From Thermoanaerobaculia bacterium (GTDB taxonomy: Bacteria > Acidobacteriota > Thermoanaerobaculia > UBA5066), in NCBI GenBank assembly GCA_963816185.1, contig CAWFJJ010000012.1, positions 1 through 46,698 of the forward strand: a DNA stretch of 46,698 bases, in the 5' to 3' direction. Positions 22,062 through 32,142 of this stretch are shown piece by piece. Positions within the stretch are counted from its first letter, which is position 1; each line of letters starts with the position of its first letter. The notes beneath the pieces are model-generated. The model was not told the DNA's origin. It searched no databases and saw only the letters and a list, made by a program, of their open reading frames with translations. The position numbers were made by a program, and so were the translations under genes.

Positions 22062-23144
22062 ATGACGGTCGCCGTCGTCACGGGCTCGGGTGGGCTGATC
22101 GGCTCGGAGACCGTACGCCGTCTCTGCGGGGCAGGCATCGACGTGGTCGGAATTGACAACGACATGCGTCGCGTCTTCTTCGGCCCAGAGGCCTCGACCG
22201 CCTCGAGTTGCATCGCCCTCGCCGAGCGTTTTCCGAAGACATACCACCACCTGGATATCGATATCCGAAACCGAACGGAGATCGAAGGCACTTTTCGACG
22301 ATACGGACGTGCGATCGATCTCGTCGTGCATACGGCCGCGCAACCCTCGCACGACTGGGCGGCACGGGAGCCGCTGACGGACTTCGAGGTCAACGCGACG
22401 GGGACGCTCATCCTCCTGGAAACCGCCCGGCAGCATTGCCCGGAAGCTACGTTCCTCTTCACGTCGACGAACAAGGTCTACGGAGACCTCCCGAACGCCC
22501 TTCCCTTCGTGGAAAAGGAGACGCGATGGGAGATCGAGCCCCTGCACCACTTCGTGAACGGCATCGACGAGTCGATGAGCATCGATGGCTCGACGCATTC
22601 CGTCTTCGGCGCCTCCAAGGCGGCCGCCGACGTTCTGGTCCAGGAATACGGCCGCTACTTCGGCATGAAGACGGCTTGTTTTCGCGGAGGCTGCCTGACG
22701 GGACCGCACCACGCCGGGACCGCCTTGCATGGCTTCCTCGCCTATCTGATGAAGTGCATCTGCACGGGCAGGTCCTACACGGTCTACGGCTACAAGGGAA
22801 AGCAGGTGCGAGACAACATCCACAGCGAGGATCTCGTTGACGCTTTCGTCCAGTTCCATCGGTCTCCGCGTCGGGCCGAGGTTTACAACATCGGGGGATC
22901 ACGATTCAGCAATTGCTCTATGCTCGAGGCGATTGCGCTCGGAGAACGGATCGCGGGTCGCGAGTTGAACTGGACCTACGCGGAGTCGAATCGGATCGGC
23001 GACCATATCTGGTATATCAGCGACACGGCGAAGTTCCGAGCGCACTATCCGGAATGGCGCCAGCGCTACGGTCTGGAAGATCTGGTCAAAGACATTTTCG
23101 AGAAGAACGTTGAGCGCTGGCTCTCGCAGGGCGAAAAAGGATGA
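22062..23144 (+). CDS. NAD-dependent sugar epimerase (CDP-paratose 2-epimerase-like SDR)
   Basis: [31 protein letters not shown] and GKQVRDNIH. Confidence 0.9.
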   Translation: MTVAVVTGSGGLIGSETVRRLCGAGIDVVGIDNDMRRVFFGPEASTASSCIALAERFPKTYHHLDIDIRNRTEIEGTFRRYGRAIDLVVHTAAQPSHDWAAREPLTDFEVNATGTLILLETARQHCPEATFLFTSTNKVYGDLPNALPFVEKETRWEIEPLHHFVNGIDESMSIDGSTHSVFGASKAAADVLVQEYGRYFGMKTACFRGGCLTGPHHAGTALHGFLAYLMKCICTGRSYTVYGYKGKQVRDNIHSEDLVDAFVQFHRSPRRAEVYNIGGSRFSNCSMLEAIALGERIAGRELNWTYAESNRIGDHIWYISDTAKFRAHYPEWRQRYGLEDLVKDIFEKNVERWLSQGEKG

Positions 23145-23147
23145 CCG

Positions 23148-23375
23148 TGTAGGGGCGCGATGGGAATTGCTGGGTGCTGTAGGGACGCAATGGGAATTGT
23201 CGGGGGTGTGCGGCGCATGAAAGTGGCACCTTCTGCCTGTTTCTCGTCTCGGCCGGGCGTTTTGATCCCGCCTGTAGGGTGCAATGGGAATTGCCGGGGG
23301 CCTGTGGCGCGTAGAAACCAGAGTCACGCCCTCGGTTTCTTCCTCAATCCCGCCGCGTAGACGGGCATTTTGGCC
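23148..23375 (+). repeat. R30 doublet (23148, 23178) plus a third left end (23273)
   Basis: Starts 3 bp after the epimerase stop. Confidence 0.9.
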
Positions 23376-24013
23376 TACTTCTTCGCGAGCAACACGGCAG
23401 GGTCGCCGCCCTAACAGGCCGAAGTGACCGAGAACCAGCTGCGCCTGTCGTTCCACGGAAAACCTGCGGCACGGAGGTCTTTGAGAAAATCGGCGCGCCG
23501 GGAGCGAGGGCCTCCCGACGCGCTGAGTTATTCGAGTGGCTCCCGAGTGGATGGCTCGAAGCGCGGTGGTGGGACTATGGGCACTGGAGGTGGGCGACGT
23601 CGGGCGAACCGCCTCGTCCTAACCGTGGCGGGGTAAGAGTTTATCACTTCTCGCCGCGGTGTACGCGATGCCGCCTCGTCGTGGCAGGCGGGGCGAAGGC
23701 GCGATGGATTCACCGTTTCGCATCGACTATCTCGAGTGGAACGACTGTTGCGAGAGGTGAAAGTGGCACCTTCTGCCTGTTTCTCGTCTCGGCCGGGCGT
23801 TTTGATCCCGCCTGTAGGGTGCAATGGGAATTGCCGGGGGCCTGTGGCGCGTAGAAACCAGAGTCACGCCCTCGGTTTCTTCCTCAATCCCGCCGCGTAG
23901 ACGGGCATTTTGGCCTACTTCTTCGCGAGCAACACGGCAGGGTCGCCGCCCCTAACAGGCCGAAGTGACCGAGAACCAGCTGCGCCTGTCGTTCCACGGA
24001 AAACCTGCGGCAC
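23218..24013 (+). repeat. 255-bp direct duplication (23218-23472 = 23758-24013), including R30 at 23273 and 23813
   Basis: Identical except for one extra C. 540-bp offset. Confidence 0.92.
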
Positions 24014-24275
24014 TGTAGGGGCGCAATGGGAATTGCCGGCGGCCGTGGCGCGTAGAGACCAGAGTCACGCTCTCGGTTTCTTTCTCAATCCCGCCCCGCA
24101 GACGGGCATTCTGGCTGGACGGCGGTTTAGGTTCGAGAAACCGACCCTTTCTCGAAGGATCCCCGAGTGGATGTCTCAGAGCGCGGTGGTCCGGGACTGC
24201 CGGATGCTAGAGGTTGGATGAAGGCGGGCGAACTGTCTCGTGCTAACGGTCGCGGGATGAGGAGCTTGCGGCGAC
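24014..24275 (+). repeat. R30 left end plus leader plus second repeat family, homologous to 15343-15610
   Basis: Same order of blocks as at 15343. Confidence 0.85.
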
Positions 24276-24399
24276 CGAACCCTATCTTGTCGTCGGGAGC
24301 CGTTGCTGCGGGTGTTGGTTCGAGAAGCAGCCTGAAGAGCAGTCACGAAAACTCAGCGAGGTGCAATGGAGTGGGCCGACGTGTGCGCGTCGAGAAAGG

Positions 24400-24463
24400 A
24401 GCCGAGGACGTGACTCTGATCTCTGTCCACCACAGCGTCCCGCAATCCCATTGCACCACCTCA
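24400..24463 (-). repeat. Degenerate inverted R30 left end
   Basis: GTGACTCTGATCTCT..CCGCAATCCCATTGCACCACCTCA. Confidence 0.65.
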
Positions 24464-24527
24464 GTAGCTCGCCGGAGACGCGCTCGCCCATCTAGGGCAA
24501 TAATCGGCCGGACTCCTGAGGCAAGAC

Positions 24528-26306
24528 GTGCAGAAAAGCGAATCTAAGACGGACACGCAACCCATCCGCGCCGAGAAAGGACGTCGGGCATCGGGCGTCA
24601 CGCGGCGGCCGGCGTCCCTCCTCATCGACTCCCCGGACCCCACGGCTCTCTTCGGCCGCACGGGCCGTGTCCTTCTCGCCAACGAGGCCGCGCTCGCCGA
24701 GGGCACTCCCAGCCCGGGCAACCTCGAGGAGGCACCCGGAAGCTCGCCGCCATTCTGGCTCACGCCGCCCGGGCGTGACAGCCTCATCGAGGCCACCGCG
24801 AGGCCCGGGGGAGCGAAGAACTTCGAGGTTCGGATCCCGGCCGGACCCGAATCAGGCGAGCGCGTGTTCTGGGTGACGACGCGCTTTACCTCCCGGGCGG
24901 CCGAAGGGGGATTTCTGGCCGTGGCGCGCGAGGTGACGGGAGTCGCTAGCGAGAAGCTCCGCGCCGAATCAGCGGACACCGTGACCGAGCCCGCTGATGC
25001 GCTGACGGGCTTCGCGCACCGCGAGCAGTTTCGCTTCGAACTCGAGCGCGAGATCGCCCGCGCGGACCTTTTCGGACGGCCCCTCTCGCTCATCGTCATC
25101 GGGCTCGACAACTTCAAGACCTTGAACGACACCCACGGGCTTCTCGCTGGAGACGAGTACCTCCGATCCATGGCCAATATGCTTCGCGGCACGCTCCTGG
25201 GCGGAGAGACCGCCGGGCGCGTTGGCGGTGACGAGATCGCGATCCTGCTTCCCGGTGCCTCCGCCGTCGAAGCCGCGCCGCGCGCCGAGACCGTCATCGC
25301 CCTCATTCGCCGGATGGCGCCCATCTGGGAGGGCAACGCGCTCACACTGACCGCGAGCGCCGGAGTCGCCGTGTTCCCGGATCACGCGGGCGGCGCCTCG
25401 GACCTATTTCTCGCGGCGGACCTCGCGATGCATCAGGCGAAGCGCCGCGGCGGTGGGCGCGTGCGCCTTCACGACCCGTCGGATCGCGAGCGAGACCGCA
25501 CCGGCCGCCTGCGCGAGCAGTCGGACCGCATTCGTGCGTCTCTCGCCGAGTCGCGCTTCGTCCCGTACTTTCAGCCCGTGGCCGAGGTTGGAAGCGGCCG
25601 CATCGTGGCGGTGGAGACTCTCGCCCGGATGCGCGAGCCAGATGGAAGTATCACGCTTCCCGCCGAGTTTCTCGGAGCCGCCGAGCGCTTCGGGATCGTG
25701 ACCTCGATAGACCGCGCCATCATCGCGGCCGCGTTCGACAGCCTTGCCGCAGCCCGTAAGCGCATCAGCCCCGAGCTTGAGATCGGCATCAACCTCTCGG
25801 GCCTGGACTTCGACGACGACACGCTCGTCGCCGACATCTCGCGGATGGCCCGGGCCAAGGGCATCCGCCCCGAGCGCGTCACGTTCGAGATCACCGAGAC
25901 CGCCGCCCTGCGCGACTTCGACCGCGTGCGGGATTTCACGCTCGCGCTCACCGGAGAAGGCTTTCACTTTGCGCTCGACGACTTCGGCATGGGCTTCTCT
26001 TCCTTCCGCTATCTCCGTGAGTTGCCCGTCTCCTCTCTCAAGCTCGACATCAGCTATGTGAGGGACCTTCCGAAGGAGCAGGCGAACCGGGTCTTCGTGC
26101 GGGGCATGGCGAGCATCTGCCGCGGCCTCGGCGTCAAGACCGTGGCCGAAGGCGTGGAATCGAAAGAGGTCATGGATATCCTCCCCGAGCTCGGTGTGGA
26201 CCGGGCGCAGGGCTGGCACGTGGGCTACCCCGAGCCCGGCCTCCCTCTCCCCGTGGTCGATGTGGACTCGAGCCAACCGCTCCCGCGGCGATACCGAAAC
26301 CTGTAG
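24528..26306 (+). CDS. PAS-like + GGDEF + EAL c-di-GMP turnover protein
   Basis: DALTG, DNFK..NDTHG..GD, RVGGDEI; YFQP, ETL, FEITE, DDFG and VAEGVE. Its TAG stop lies inside R30. Confidence 0.92.
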   Translation: MQKSESKTDTQPIRAEKGRRASGVTRRPASLLIDSPDPTALFGRTGRVLLANEAALAEGTPSPGNLEEAPGSSPPFWLTPPGRDSLIEATARPGGAKNFEVRIPAGPESGERVFWVTTRFTSRAAEGGFLAVAREVTGVASEKLRAESADTVTEPADALTGFAHREQFRFELEREIARADLFGRPLSLIVIGLDNFKTLNDTHGLLAGDEYLRSMANMLRGTLLGGETAGRVGGDEIAILLPGASAVEAAPRAETVIALIRRMAPIWEGNALTLTASAGVAVFPDHAGGASDLFLAADLAMHQAKRRGGGRVRLHDPSDRERDRTGRLREQSDRIRASLAESRFVPYFQPVAEVGSGRIVAVETLARMREPDGSITLPAEFLGAAERFGIVTSIDRAIIAAAFDSLAAARKRISPELEIGINLSGLDFDDDTLVADISRMARAKGIRPERVTFEITETAALRDFDRVRDFTLALTGEGFHFALDDFGMGFSSFRYLRELPVSSLKLDISYVRDLPKEQANRVFVRGMASICRGLGVKTVAEGVESKEVMDILPELGVDRAQGWHVGYPEPGLPLPVVDVDSSQPLPRRYRNL

Positions 26307-26406
26307 GGGTGCCAAGGAAATTGCAGGGCGCCGTGGCGCGTAGACCAGAGTCACGCCCTCGGTTCGCTTCTCAGTCCCGCCCCGTACACGGGCATTCTGT
26401 CCCGGA
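26302..26406 (+). repeat. R30 left end plus leader
   Basis: TGTAGGGGTGCCAAGGAAATTGC..GGCGCGTAGACCAGAGTCACGCCCTCGG. Confidence 0.85.
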
Positions 26407-26480
26407 TTGATATCGTTAGGCGAACCACCCGGAGTTGACGGCGACGCCGGCAACCAGATCGGAGCGAAGGGAACACCCCT

Positions 26481-26753
26481 GTGAAGGTAGAGGTTTCGAG
26501 ATTCAACGTGTCGATCTTCGAGCTCGTCTACCCGGACAAGAAGGAGCGCGCCTTCCTACGCCGCGTGGATCCGGAGTTCCTCGAAGCCCTGCAAGCCGAG
26601 GCCGCGTACGAGAGCAAGCTCAAGAAACTGCCGTTCGGCCTGGGGAAGAAACTGCTTTCCCCACCGACCATCGAGATCACTGAAGCGCGCTGGCAAAGCC
26701 TGCGGGCCCGAATCTCCGGGTCGTTCCCGGTCGTGAAGATCGGTGGATCATGA
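26481..26753 (+). CDS. Hypothetical protein (90 aa)
   Basis: Protein-like ORF with a truncated paralog at 1964. Confidence 0.6.
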   Translation: MKVEVSRFNVSIFELVYPDKKERAFLRRVDPEFLEALQAEAAYESKLKKLPFGLGKKLLSPPTIEITEARWQSLRARISGSFPVVKIGGS

Positions 26754-27042
26754 GGCCAGCCCTCACCAGGATCGCCTGCGACTTTCAAAAGGGGCGCCAG
26801 TGAAGGAGGAAGGTGTTCTCTTGGTGGTTCGGCGGCTCAGTCTCGACGGAGACAGCCCCACGGTCGGTTAGGACCGGTGAGACAGTCGCCCGGATAGAAT
26901 CTTGTCGGCCACGACTTAAGCCTCTCGAGGCGGCAGGCGAGGCCCGGGTGAGCGCTGCGGGACAATCGGGACGGGAAGTGCTGTCGAGAAGGGACGACAT
27001 GAGACGCCGAGGACCAGTCGGCGAGAAAGCACGGGGGAACGG

Positions 27043-27480
27043 ATGATTACGCGGAGTCGATTCTCGTCGCACGGCTACGAGATCCACCTTGGCACGGAGT
27101 TCGGCCATGGAGAGCCCTTGGGGGGGTTCCAGGACGCAACCGTGGCCGACTACAGGAACGGGACCGGCGGGCTGGCGATTCTGCGAATCCCGGGTATTCA
27201 CAAGGTGGGCGATGTGACGCTGAAACGCGGCGTGGTGGACTCGTCGAGCTTGTGGAACTGGCTGGCACAGGCGCGAACCGAGGGACCGCATCGGCGGTGG
27301 GATGCAACGATTACGTTGCGCGATAAGGCCGGCCAGCCCATTCTGTCCTGGAAGCTGAGGAACGCGAAGCCGAGGAAGTACACGGGGCCGACGCTCGGCG
27401 GAAAAGGCAGCGGCGATGCTGCGATGGAGGAGCTGGTTCTTTCCGCCGAGTCGATCGAGCTGCTACCGCCTCACAAATAG
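27043..27480 (+). CDS. T4 gp19-like tail tube protein (Afp1/Pvc1 eCIS type)
   Basis: IPG..K.GDVTLKRGV..LWNW..ITLRD..W.L.NA.P.KYTGP.L..AMEEL.L. Confidence 0.85.
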   Translation: MITRSRFSSHGYEIHLGTEFGHGEPLGGFQDATVADYRNGTGGLAILRIPGIHKVGDVTLKRGVVDSSSLWNWLAQARTEGPHRRWDATITLRDKAGQPILSWKLRNAKPRKYTGPTLGGKGSGDAAMEELVLSAESIELLPPHK

Positions 27481-27493
27481 CGCTGGTCCCCAT

Positions 27494-27517
27494 GGCGCAA
27501 TGGGAATTGCCCGGGGC
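27494..27517 (+). repeat. Partial R30 lacking the TGTAG tip
   Basis: GGCGCAATGGGAATTGCCCGGGGC, 13 bp after the tube gene stop. Confidence 0.75.
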
Positions 27518-27650
27518 TACGGAGGATAGAAAGCGCCTCCTCGCGGAAGGCCGGGCGAAGGCCCGATGAAACTCCCGTTTCGCGTCGAGTATCTAGATGC
27601 GGCGGTGCCGGTGCTCATGTGGCAGCGTTTCAGCGCACCGAGCGCAGCGG

Positions 27651-27855
27651 TCAGCGCCCTTTGAGTGACTGAATGAATTCGGGATTGACGAGCGGCCTCT
27701 CGGCGCCGGTGTCAATGTGTCGTCGCACCTGTCGCCGGACCGCTTCTCTTAGGTTCGCGTCAGCGCGGAGGAGACGAATCACTTCGACTGTCACCTCGGA
27801 CGGCCCACAGTCTGAGCAGTCGAGCTGCACGGTCGCTCCAAAAGGCCGTACTGAC
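27651..27855 (-). pseudogene. 5'-truncated third copy of the zinc-ribbon-like gene
   Basis: PFGATVQLDCSDCGP..PEFIQSLKGR. Confidence 0.75.
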
Positions 27856-27891
27856 ACCGTGACCCCTGAAGCGGCAAGCTCCCGTTGGCAC

Positions 27892-28121
27892 TTAGCCGCT
27901 CTGCCCAGCACCTGCGGTTTCCTTCCACTTGCGGGCGTTCACCCCCTTCACGATGAGCCACAACAACAGTGATATCTCCCCGGGGCCGGCGAGCGCGAGG
28001 TTGTAGGGATATAGATAGTGTGCGAGCGGTTGCCACAGAAGCGTCAGGTAACCAAACCCGGCAAGCACGCCCAGCGCGCCAATAATTCGAGGCAGGAAGG
28101 TTGACCTGAAAATCAGGTAGC
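27892..28121 (-). pseudogene. DUF4386-like membrane protein C-terminal fragment, cut by R30
   Basis: YLIFRSTFLPRIIG..GE..LWLIVKGVN. Confidence 0.7.
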
Positions 28122-28165
28122 TGCAGGGGCGCAATGGGAATTGCCGGGGGGCCTGCGGCGTACCA
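28122..28165 (+). repeat. R30 solo left end
   Basis: TGCAGGGGCGCAATGGGAATTGCCGGGGGG. Confidence 0.9.
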
Positions 28166-28168
28166 GCT

Positions 28169-28993
28169 TCACGGTGAGGCGGTGGGGGCTCCCTTCCAGC
28201 GGTCGTGCAGCCAGAGCCAGTTGTGCGGCCGCCGCCTCACGGCCTCTTCGATCCTCGCGGTGAAGGCGGCGACGTCTTCTTCGGCTCTCCCCGTCACCGG
28301 GAGAGGCGCGGAGAAGACCGCCTGGTGCTTCCCGGTCCCCTCCCGCCAGTACTCGAGGAAATGGACCGGGACGGAGGTTTTCGCCGCTGCAACTGCGATC
28401 GCCGGAGCCGTCAGGGCGAGGCGGCCGAAGAAGGGAACGGCAACACCCCGCGCGAGCCTCTGATCAATGACGAAGACGACGAGGTGCCCCCCCTCGAGGA
28501 GCTCGAAAACGCGCCTCATCGTCCCGGCCTTATTCGGTAGAAGGCCGAGCCCGTAAGAGGCCCGGACGCGCTCTATGAGCGCGGCGACGGCCTTCGACCG
28601 CGGTACTTTCACGACGACCGTTGCCATGATCCCCGCCCGGCGCGCCAGGAGCGGCCCGACGAGGTCCCACGAACCGAAGTGACCGGCAAAAACGAGGGTC
28701 CCTTTGCCCGTCTTCCCGCGCTCGGCAATCGGCCCGGCTCCCTCGATCGAGAGGTCGATGCTCTCGGGAACCCTCTCCTCGTGCAGCAGCTCGAAGTAGC
28801 CGAGGACGAGGCCGGCCATCATCCTGCGGAGCGGGACGCCCGGCGGGACACCCGGGAAGGCGCTCCGGAAGTTGAAGATGGCGAGGCGCCGCCGGATCGG
28901 GACGAGGAACCACCAGAGCCACGCGGCCACGGTCGAGACACCCGCCGCCACGGCGAGGGGCGTGCGCGCGACGATCCACGCAACGATCTTCAT
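28169..28993 (-). CDS. Lipid A lauroyl/lysophospholipid acyltransferase (LpxL/HtrB family)
   Basis: HFGSWD, IDQ, VPFFG and WLWLHDRWK. Confidence 0.88.
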   Translation of the reverse strand: MKIVAWIVARTPLAVAAGVSTVAAWLWWFLVPIRRRLAIFNFRSAFPGVPPGVPLRRMMAGLVLGYFELLHEERVPESIDLSIEGAGPIAERGKTGKGTLVFAGHFGSWDLVGPLLARRAGIMATVVVKVPRSKAVAALIERVRASYGLGLLPNKAGTMRRVFELLEGGHLVVFVIDQRLARGVAVPFFGRLALTAPAIAVAAAKTSVPVHFLEYWREGTGKHQAVFSAPLPVTGRAEEDVAAFTARIEEAVRRRPHNWLWLHDRWKGAPTASP

Positions 28994-29138
28994 GCGCCGC
29001 TGCCTGTGCGGGAGGGGGGGCTCGCCAGCCCCGTCCTCAGCCACGTGCATAAGCGCGTGGCTGAGGTCCCCGCAATGCCGTGGATGAGGACGGTTAAGTC
29101 CGTCATGCTTACCTCTGCGTCCGAGTACTATCAGGTGC

Positions 29139-29519
29139 TCAGGGGAGATTCTCAGCCCTCTGCCTCCCCCACGCCATGATCCGAACGGCACCTCTCAGCG
29201 ACCGCTCACGCAGCGGCTCTCGTCCGCCTGTCGCTTCAAGAAACAGAATCTCCTCTTGCAGGTCCGGAGCAAGGTTCGTGAGGTCGAGGATCTGCGAGAG
29301 CCTCGCCCTCGTCAGGGCGAGGCTGCGCGCAGCGTCTGCTTGATCCTTGATCTCTCCGGCGAGGATCCCCTGCCGGATCTTGTGCGCCATGGCGAGCGTC
29401 ACAGCCACCCGCGCCGGGAGGCTGGCCGGGGTCGCCGGGGCACTGGCCGTAAACCTTTGCCGCCGCCCACGCCGCTCTCGATGAAGCTCTCCGTCGATCA
29501 CTCGTCTGTCGGGTGTCAT
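29139..29519 (-). CDS. Small HTH-like protein typically found downstream of DUF2924/recombinase
   Basis: LTRARLSQILDLTNLAPDLQEEILFL. ATGA overlap with the recombinase. Confidence 0.75.
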   Translation of the reverse strand: MTPDRRVIDGELHRERRGRRQRFTASAPATPASLPARVAVTLAMAHKIRQGILAGEIKDQADAARSLALTRARLSQILDLTNLAPDLQEEILFLEATGGREPLRERSLRGAVRIMAWGRQRAENLP

Positions 29520-30817
29520 GGACTCACCTGCTGTGTCGGAAGCGCGTGTGCCGTCGGGTCCGTCAGGCAGACCCTGACCTTGTTGGAGGGCTCATCGAAA
29601 TCCACTTCCTCGACGAGGGCCCGCATGAGCCGGCCCCTGTTCTGTGGAGTCAGGACGTCCCAGACCGAGTCGAGGTCGGCGAGACAACGCCCGGCCCACG
29701 TGGTGTTGGCCTTCTTCATGCCAGCTCCCTCCTTCGCGACCTCCCGGAGCCGGTCGATCACGTAGGTCTCGATGGCGTCAGCCGGGAGAGGGGGCGACGG
29801 GCAGGCCTGGCTCCCCTGCTTGTCGCGCTTGAGGCAGCGGTAGTAGCGATAGACGGTGCGACCCCTCCGGCTGGAGGCGGGCGTGAAAGCAGAGCCACAG
29901 CACGCGCAGCGGAGGAGCCCCCGCAGAATGTAGTTCGGATTGCGGGACGGATCGTTCATGGTCCTTGCCGCCCCGTCGAGAAGAGATCGCGCGGCGGAAA
30001 ACGTCTCGCGATCGACGATGGCCTCGTGCTCGCCGTCGTACAGCTCACCGTGACTTCTGATGTAGCCCGCGTAGATGGGCGTTCTGATCAGGCGAAGGAC
30101 GTCGGCGTTCGTCCACGGGCGGGTCGCCTGCGCGGCACCGTTATCTTCTGTTGAGGAAAGACGACGCTCGTTCAGGATCCGGGCTACTGCCAGAGCCGAC
30201 CGCTGCTCAAGGTAGAGGGCGAAAATCTCGCGCACGAGGACGGCCTCGGTCTCGGCTATAAGGAGTCGTTTGTCCTTGACCGTGTACCCGAGCGGGATGG
30301 GGCCACCCGTCCACTTCCCTTTCCGGCGTGCGGCGGCGATCTTGTCCCGGGTCCTCTCGCCGATCATCTCTCTCTCGAACTCGGCGAAGGACATGAGCAT
30401 GTTGAGGGTGAGACGCCCCATGGCGTCGGCGCTGGAGAAGTTCTGGGTCACGGAGACGAAGGAAGCTCCGGCTCGTCCGAAGCGCTCCATCAGCTTCGCG
30501 AAGTCGAGGAGCGAGCGGCTTAAGCGGTCGACCTTGTAGACGACCACGACGTCGATCTTCTTTGCATCGATGTCGGTCAAGAGTCTCTGAAATGCCGGCC
30601 TTTCGATGTTCGCACCGGTGAATCCGCCGTCGTCGTAGCGGTCGGCGAGGAGGCTCCAGCCGGGCTGCTTCTTTATGTATGCCGCGCAGGCCTCTCTCTG
30701 GGCGTCTAAGGAGTTGAAGTCCTGCTCGAGACCGACCGAGGTCGACTTGCGGGTGTAGATGGCACAGCGGCGGCTCTCGGGAGCTGATTCCGGAACCGAT
30801 TTCCGCTTGGTCTTCAT
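29516..30817 (-). CDS. Large serine recombinase (resolvase + recombinase + Zn ribbon)
   Basis: AIYTRKST catalytic Ser, ERPAFQRL, VYKVDRLSRS, PLGY and CACCG..YYRC. Confidence 0.93.
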   Translation of the reverse strand: MKTKRKSVPESAPESRRCAIYTRKSTSVGLEQDFNSLDAQREACAAYIKKQPGWSLLADRYDDGGFTGANIERPAFQRLLTDIDAKKIDVVVVYKVDRLSRSLLDFAKLMERFGRAGASFVSVTQNFSSADAMGRLTLNMLMSFAEFEREMIGERTRDKIAAARRKGKWTGGPIPLGYTVKDKRLLIAETEAVLVREIFALYLEQRSALAVARILNERRLSSTEDNGAAQATRPWTNADVLRLIRTPIYAGYIRSHGELYDGEHEAIVDRETFSAARSLLDGAARTMNDPSRNPNYILRGLLRCACCGSAFTPASSRRGRTVYRYYRCLKRDKQGSQACPSPPLPADAIETYVIDRLREVAKEGAGMKKANTTWAGRCLADLDSVWDVLTPQNRGRLMRALVEEVDFDEPSNKVRVCLTDPTAHALPTQQVSP

Positions 30818-31359
30818 CGTCCCTGCGCTCCAGCCTTAGTGCCGTTCGCGCGACCGAAGAAGAAGAGATAGCCGTTCCAGGGGGTGCCTGTGATTACGCG
30901 TGCGATCTTCGAGAGGGAGCGGTACTTCTCGCCGCGGTACTCGAAGCCTTCGTCGAGGATGGTCACGCTGTGCTCGGTCTTGCCGTGGATGCGCCGGACG
31001 ACGGTCCCGGCGGGCGGGAGTCGCGGGTCACGTGCGGCTTCCGTTGATCGGCGTATCGGCGAAGCGGAGGTCCCCACGCGTACCGGGCGACGCGCAGCCG
31101 CGAGACCTGCCGAGCCGAGCTCCTCGATGCGGGCGAGGGCCCGCTCCGAAAGGCCTCCTTCGGACAGTTCCTGGATGCGCCATGCGAGCCGCTTCCTGAG
31201 AAAGTGTTTATTCCGGGAGCTGGCCGGTTGCCCGAACAGAACGAGGTACTTCTCCGCCATCTCGGCGCCCGTCATCTCGCCGAGAGCCGCAAGCTCGGTC
31301 GCGGTGCGCAGCACGGCCGCATCGTCGACGTTTCGTACCGCGTTCGACGCCTTATTCAC
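30814..31359 (-). CDS. DUF2924 domain protein
   Basis: LRKRLAWRIQE..GGLS, RDPRLPPAGT and YRSLSKIARVITGTPWNG..FF. SD GGAGG. Confidence 0.88.
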   Translation of the reverse strand: MNKASNAVRNVDDAAVLRTATELAALGEMTGAEMAEKYLVLFGQPASSRNKHFLRKRLAWRIQELSEGGLSERALARIEELGSAGLAAARRPVRVGTSASPIRRSTEAARDPRLPPAGTVVRRIHGKTEHSVTILDEGFEYRGEKYRSLSKIARVITGTPWNGYLFFFGRANGTKAGAQGR

Positions 31360-32142
31360 GCTTTCCCTCCTTTTCCGCGGCCTTAAGGCGCCGCAAGCAA
31401 GGGACATGGACGCTCTCTCTGGTGAACAAGGCAAGGTAAACCAGAGGGCGACCCAACCGGTCAGAGTGGCCCGAAAGGCCCGCCAATACGGTCGACGGCG
31501 CGCTTTTCTCGCGCGACGTTGGCCCACATCGCGGCGTCTCGGGAGAGGCGAGTAAATAACCCTGGGTCATTTATGAACCGCAGCGTTGGCGCGAGAAAGG
31601 GCACTCCGGGGCAGGCTCGATCGACTGGATTAAGTGTCCATTAGTCAGTCGCTTCGCCAGGTCGTGATCGGATTCGCCGAGGTCGTTTTCAACCGCGCAT
31701 GCGCTCGAAAATGACCCCCCTGAGGTGGGTTCTTTACTCGCTACCTGGGGTCCCTGAAAACCGCGTCAACCAGTCTCTGGCGCTCTCGACAAGAACCGCC
31801 CTGAGAGAGCGGCTCGCGGGGCCTGAAGGGGGCCGTCCGGAAGTCTCGGTGCTCTCAGTTCGACCCGTCACAGGATCGACAAGGAGTCACCTCTTCCTTT
31901 TTAGGGCGTGCGCTGGGTTCGGGTCAACCGCGCCTGCTTTGCTTTCGCGGGGAAGTTGTATGGCTCCCCACTCGGTCGGCTAGGCGAACTGTTCTCAGGT
32001 CACAATCTGAGAACTTCAAATGCTCTCAGGACAAGATCCTCTTCGGATGGAAGCGGTTGCGGCGCACACGTCCGGTGACGCCGAATAGTGCCACCCCAGA
32101 TGAAATGGCGCGAGGCCTGCGCTCCCGAGTCCGCAAACCAGC

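Noticed and set aside
27043-31359. Prophage
   Set aside because: Only a lone tube gene and a recombinase module. No capsid, terminase, portal or lysis genes.
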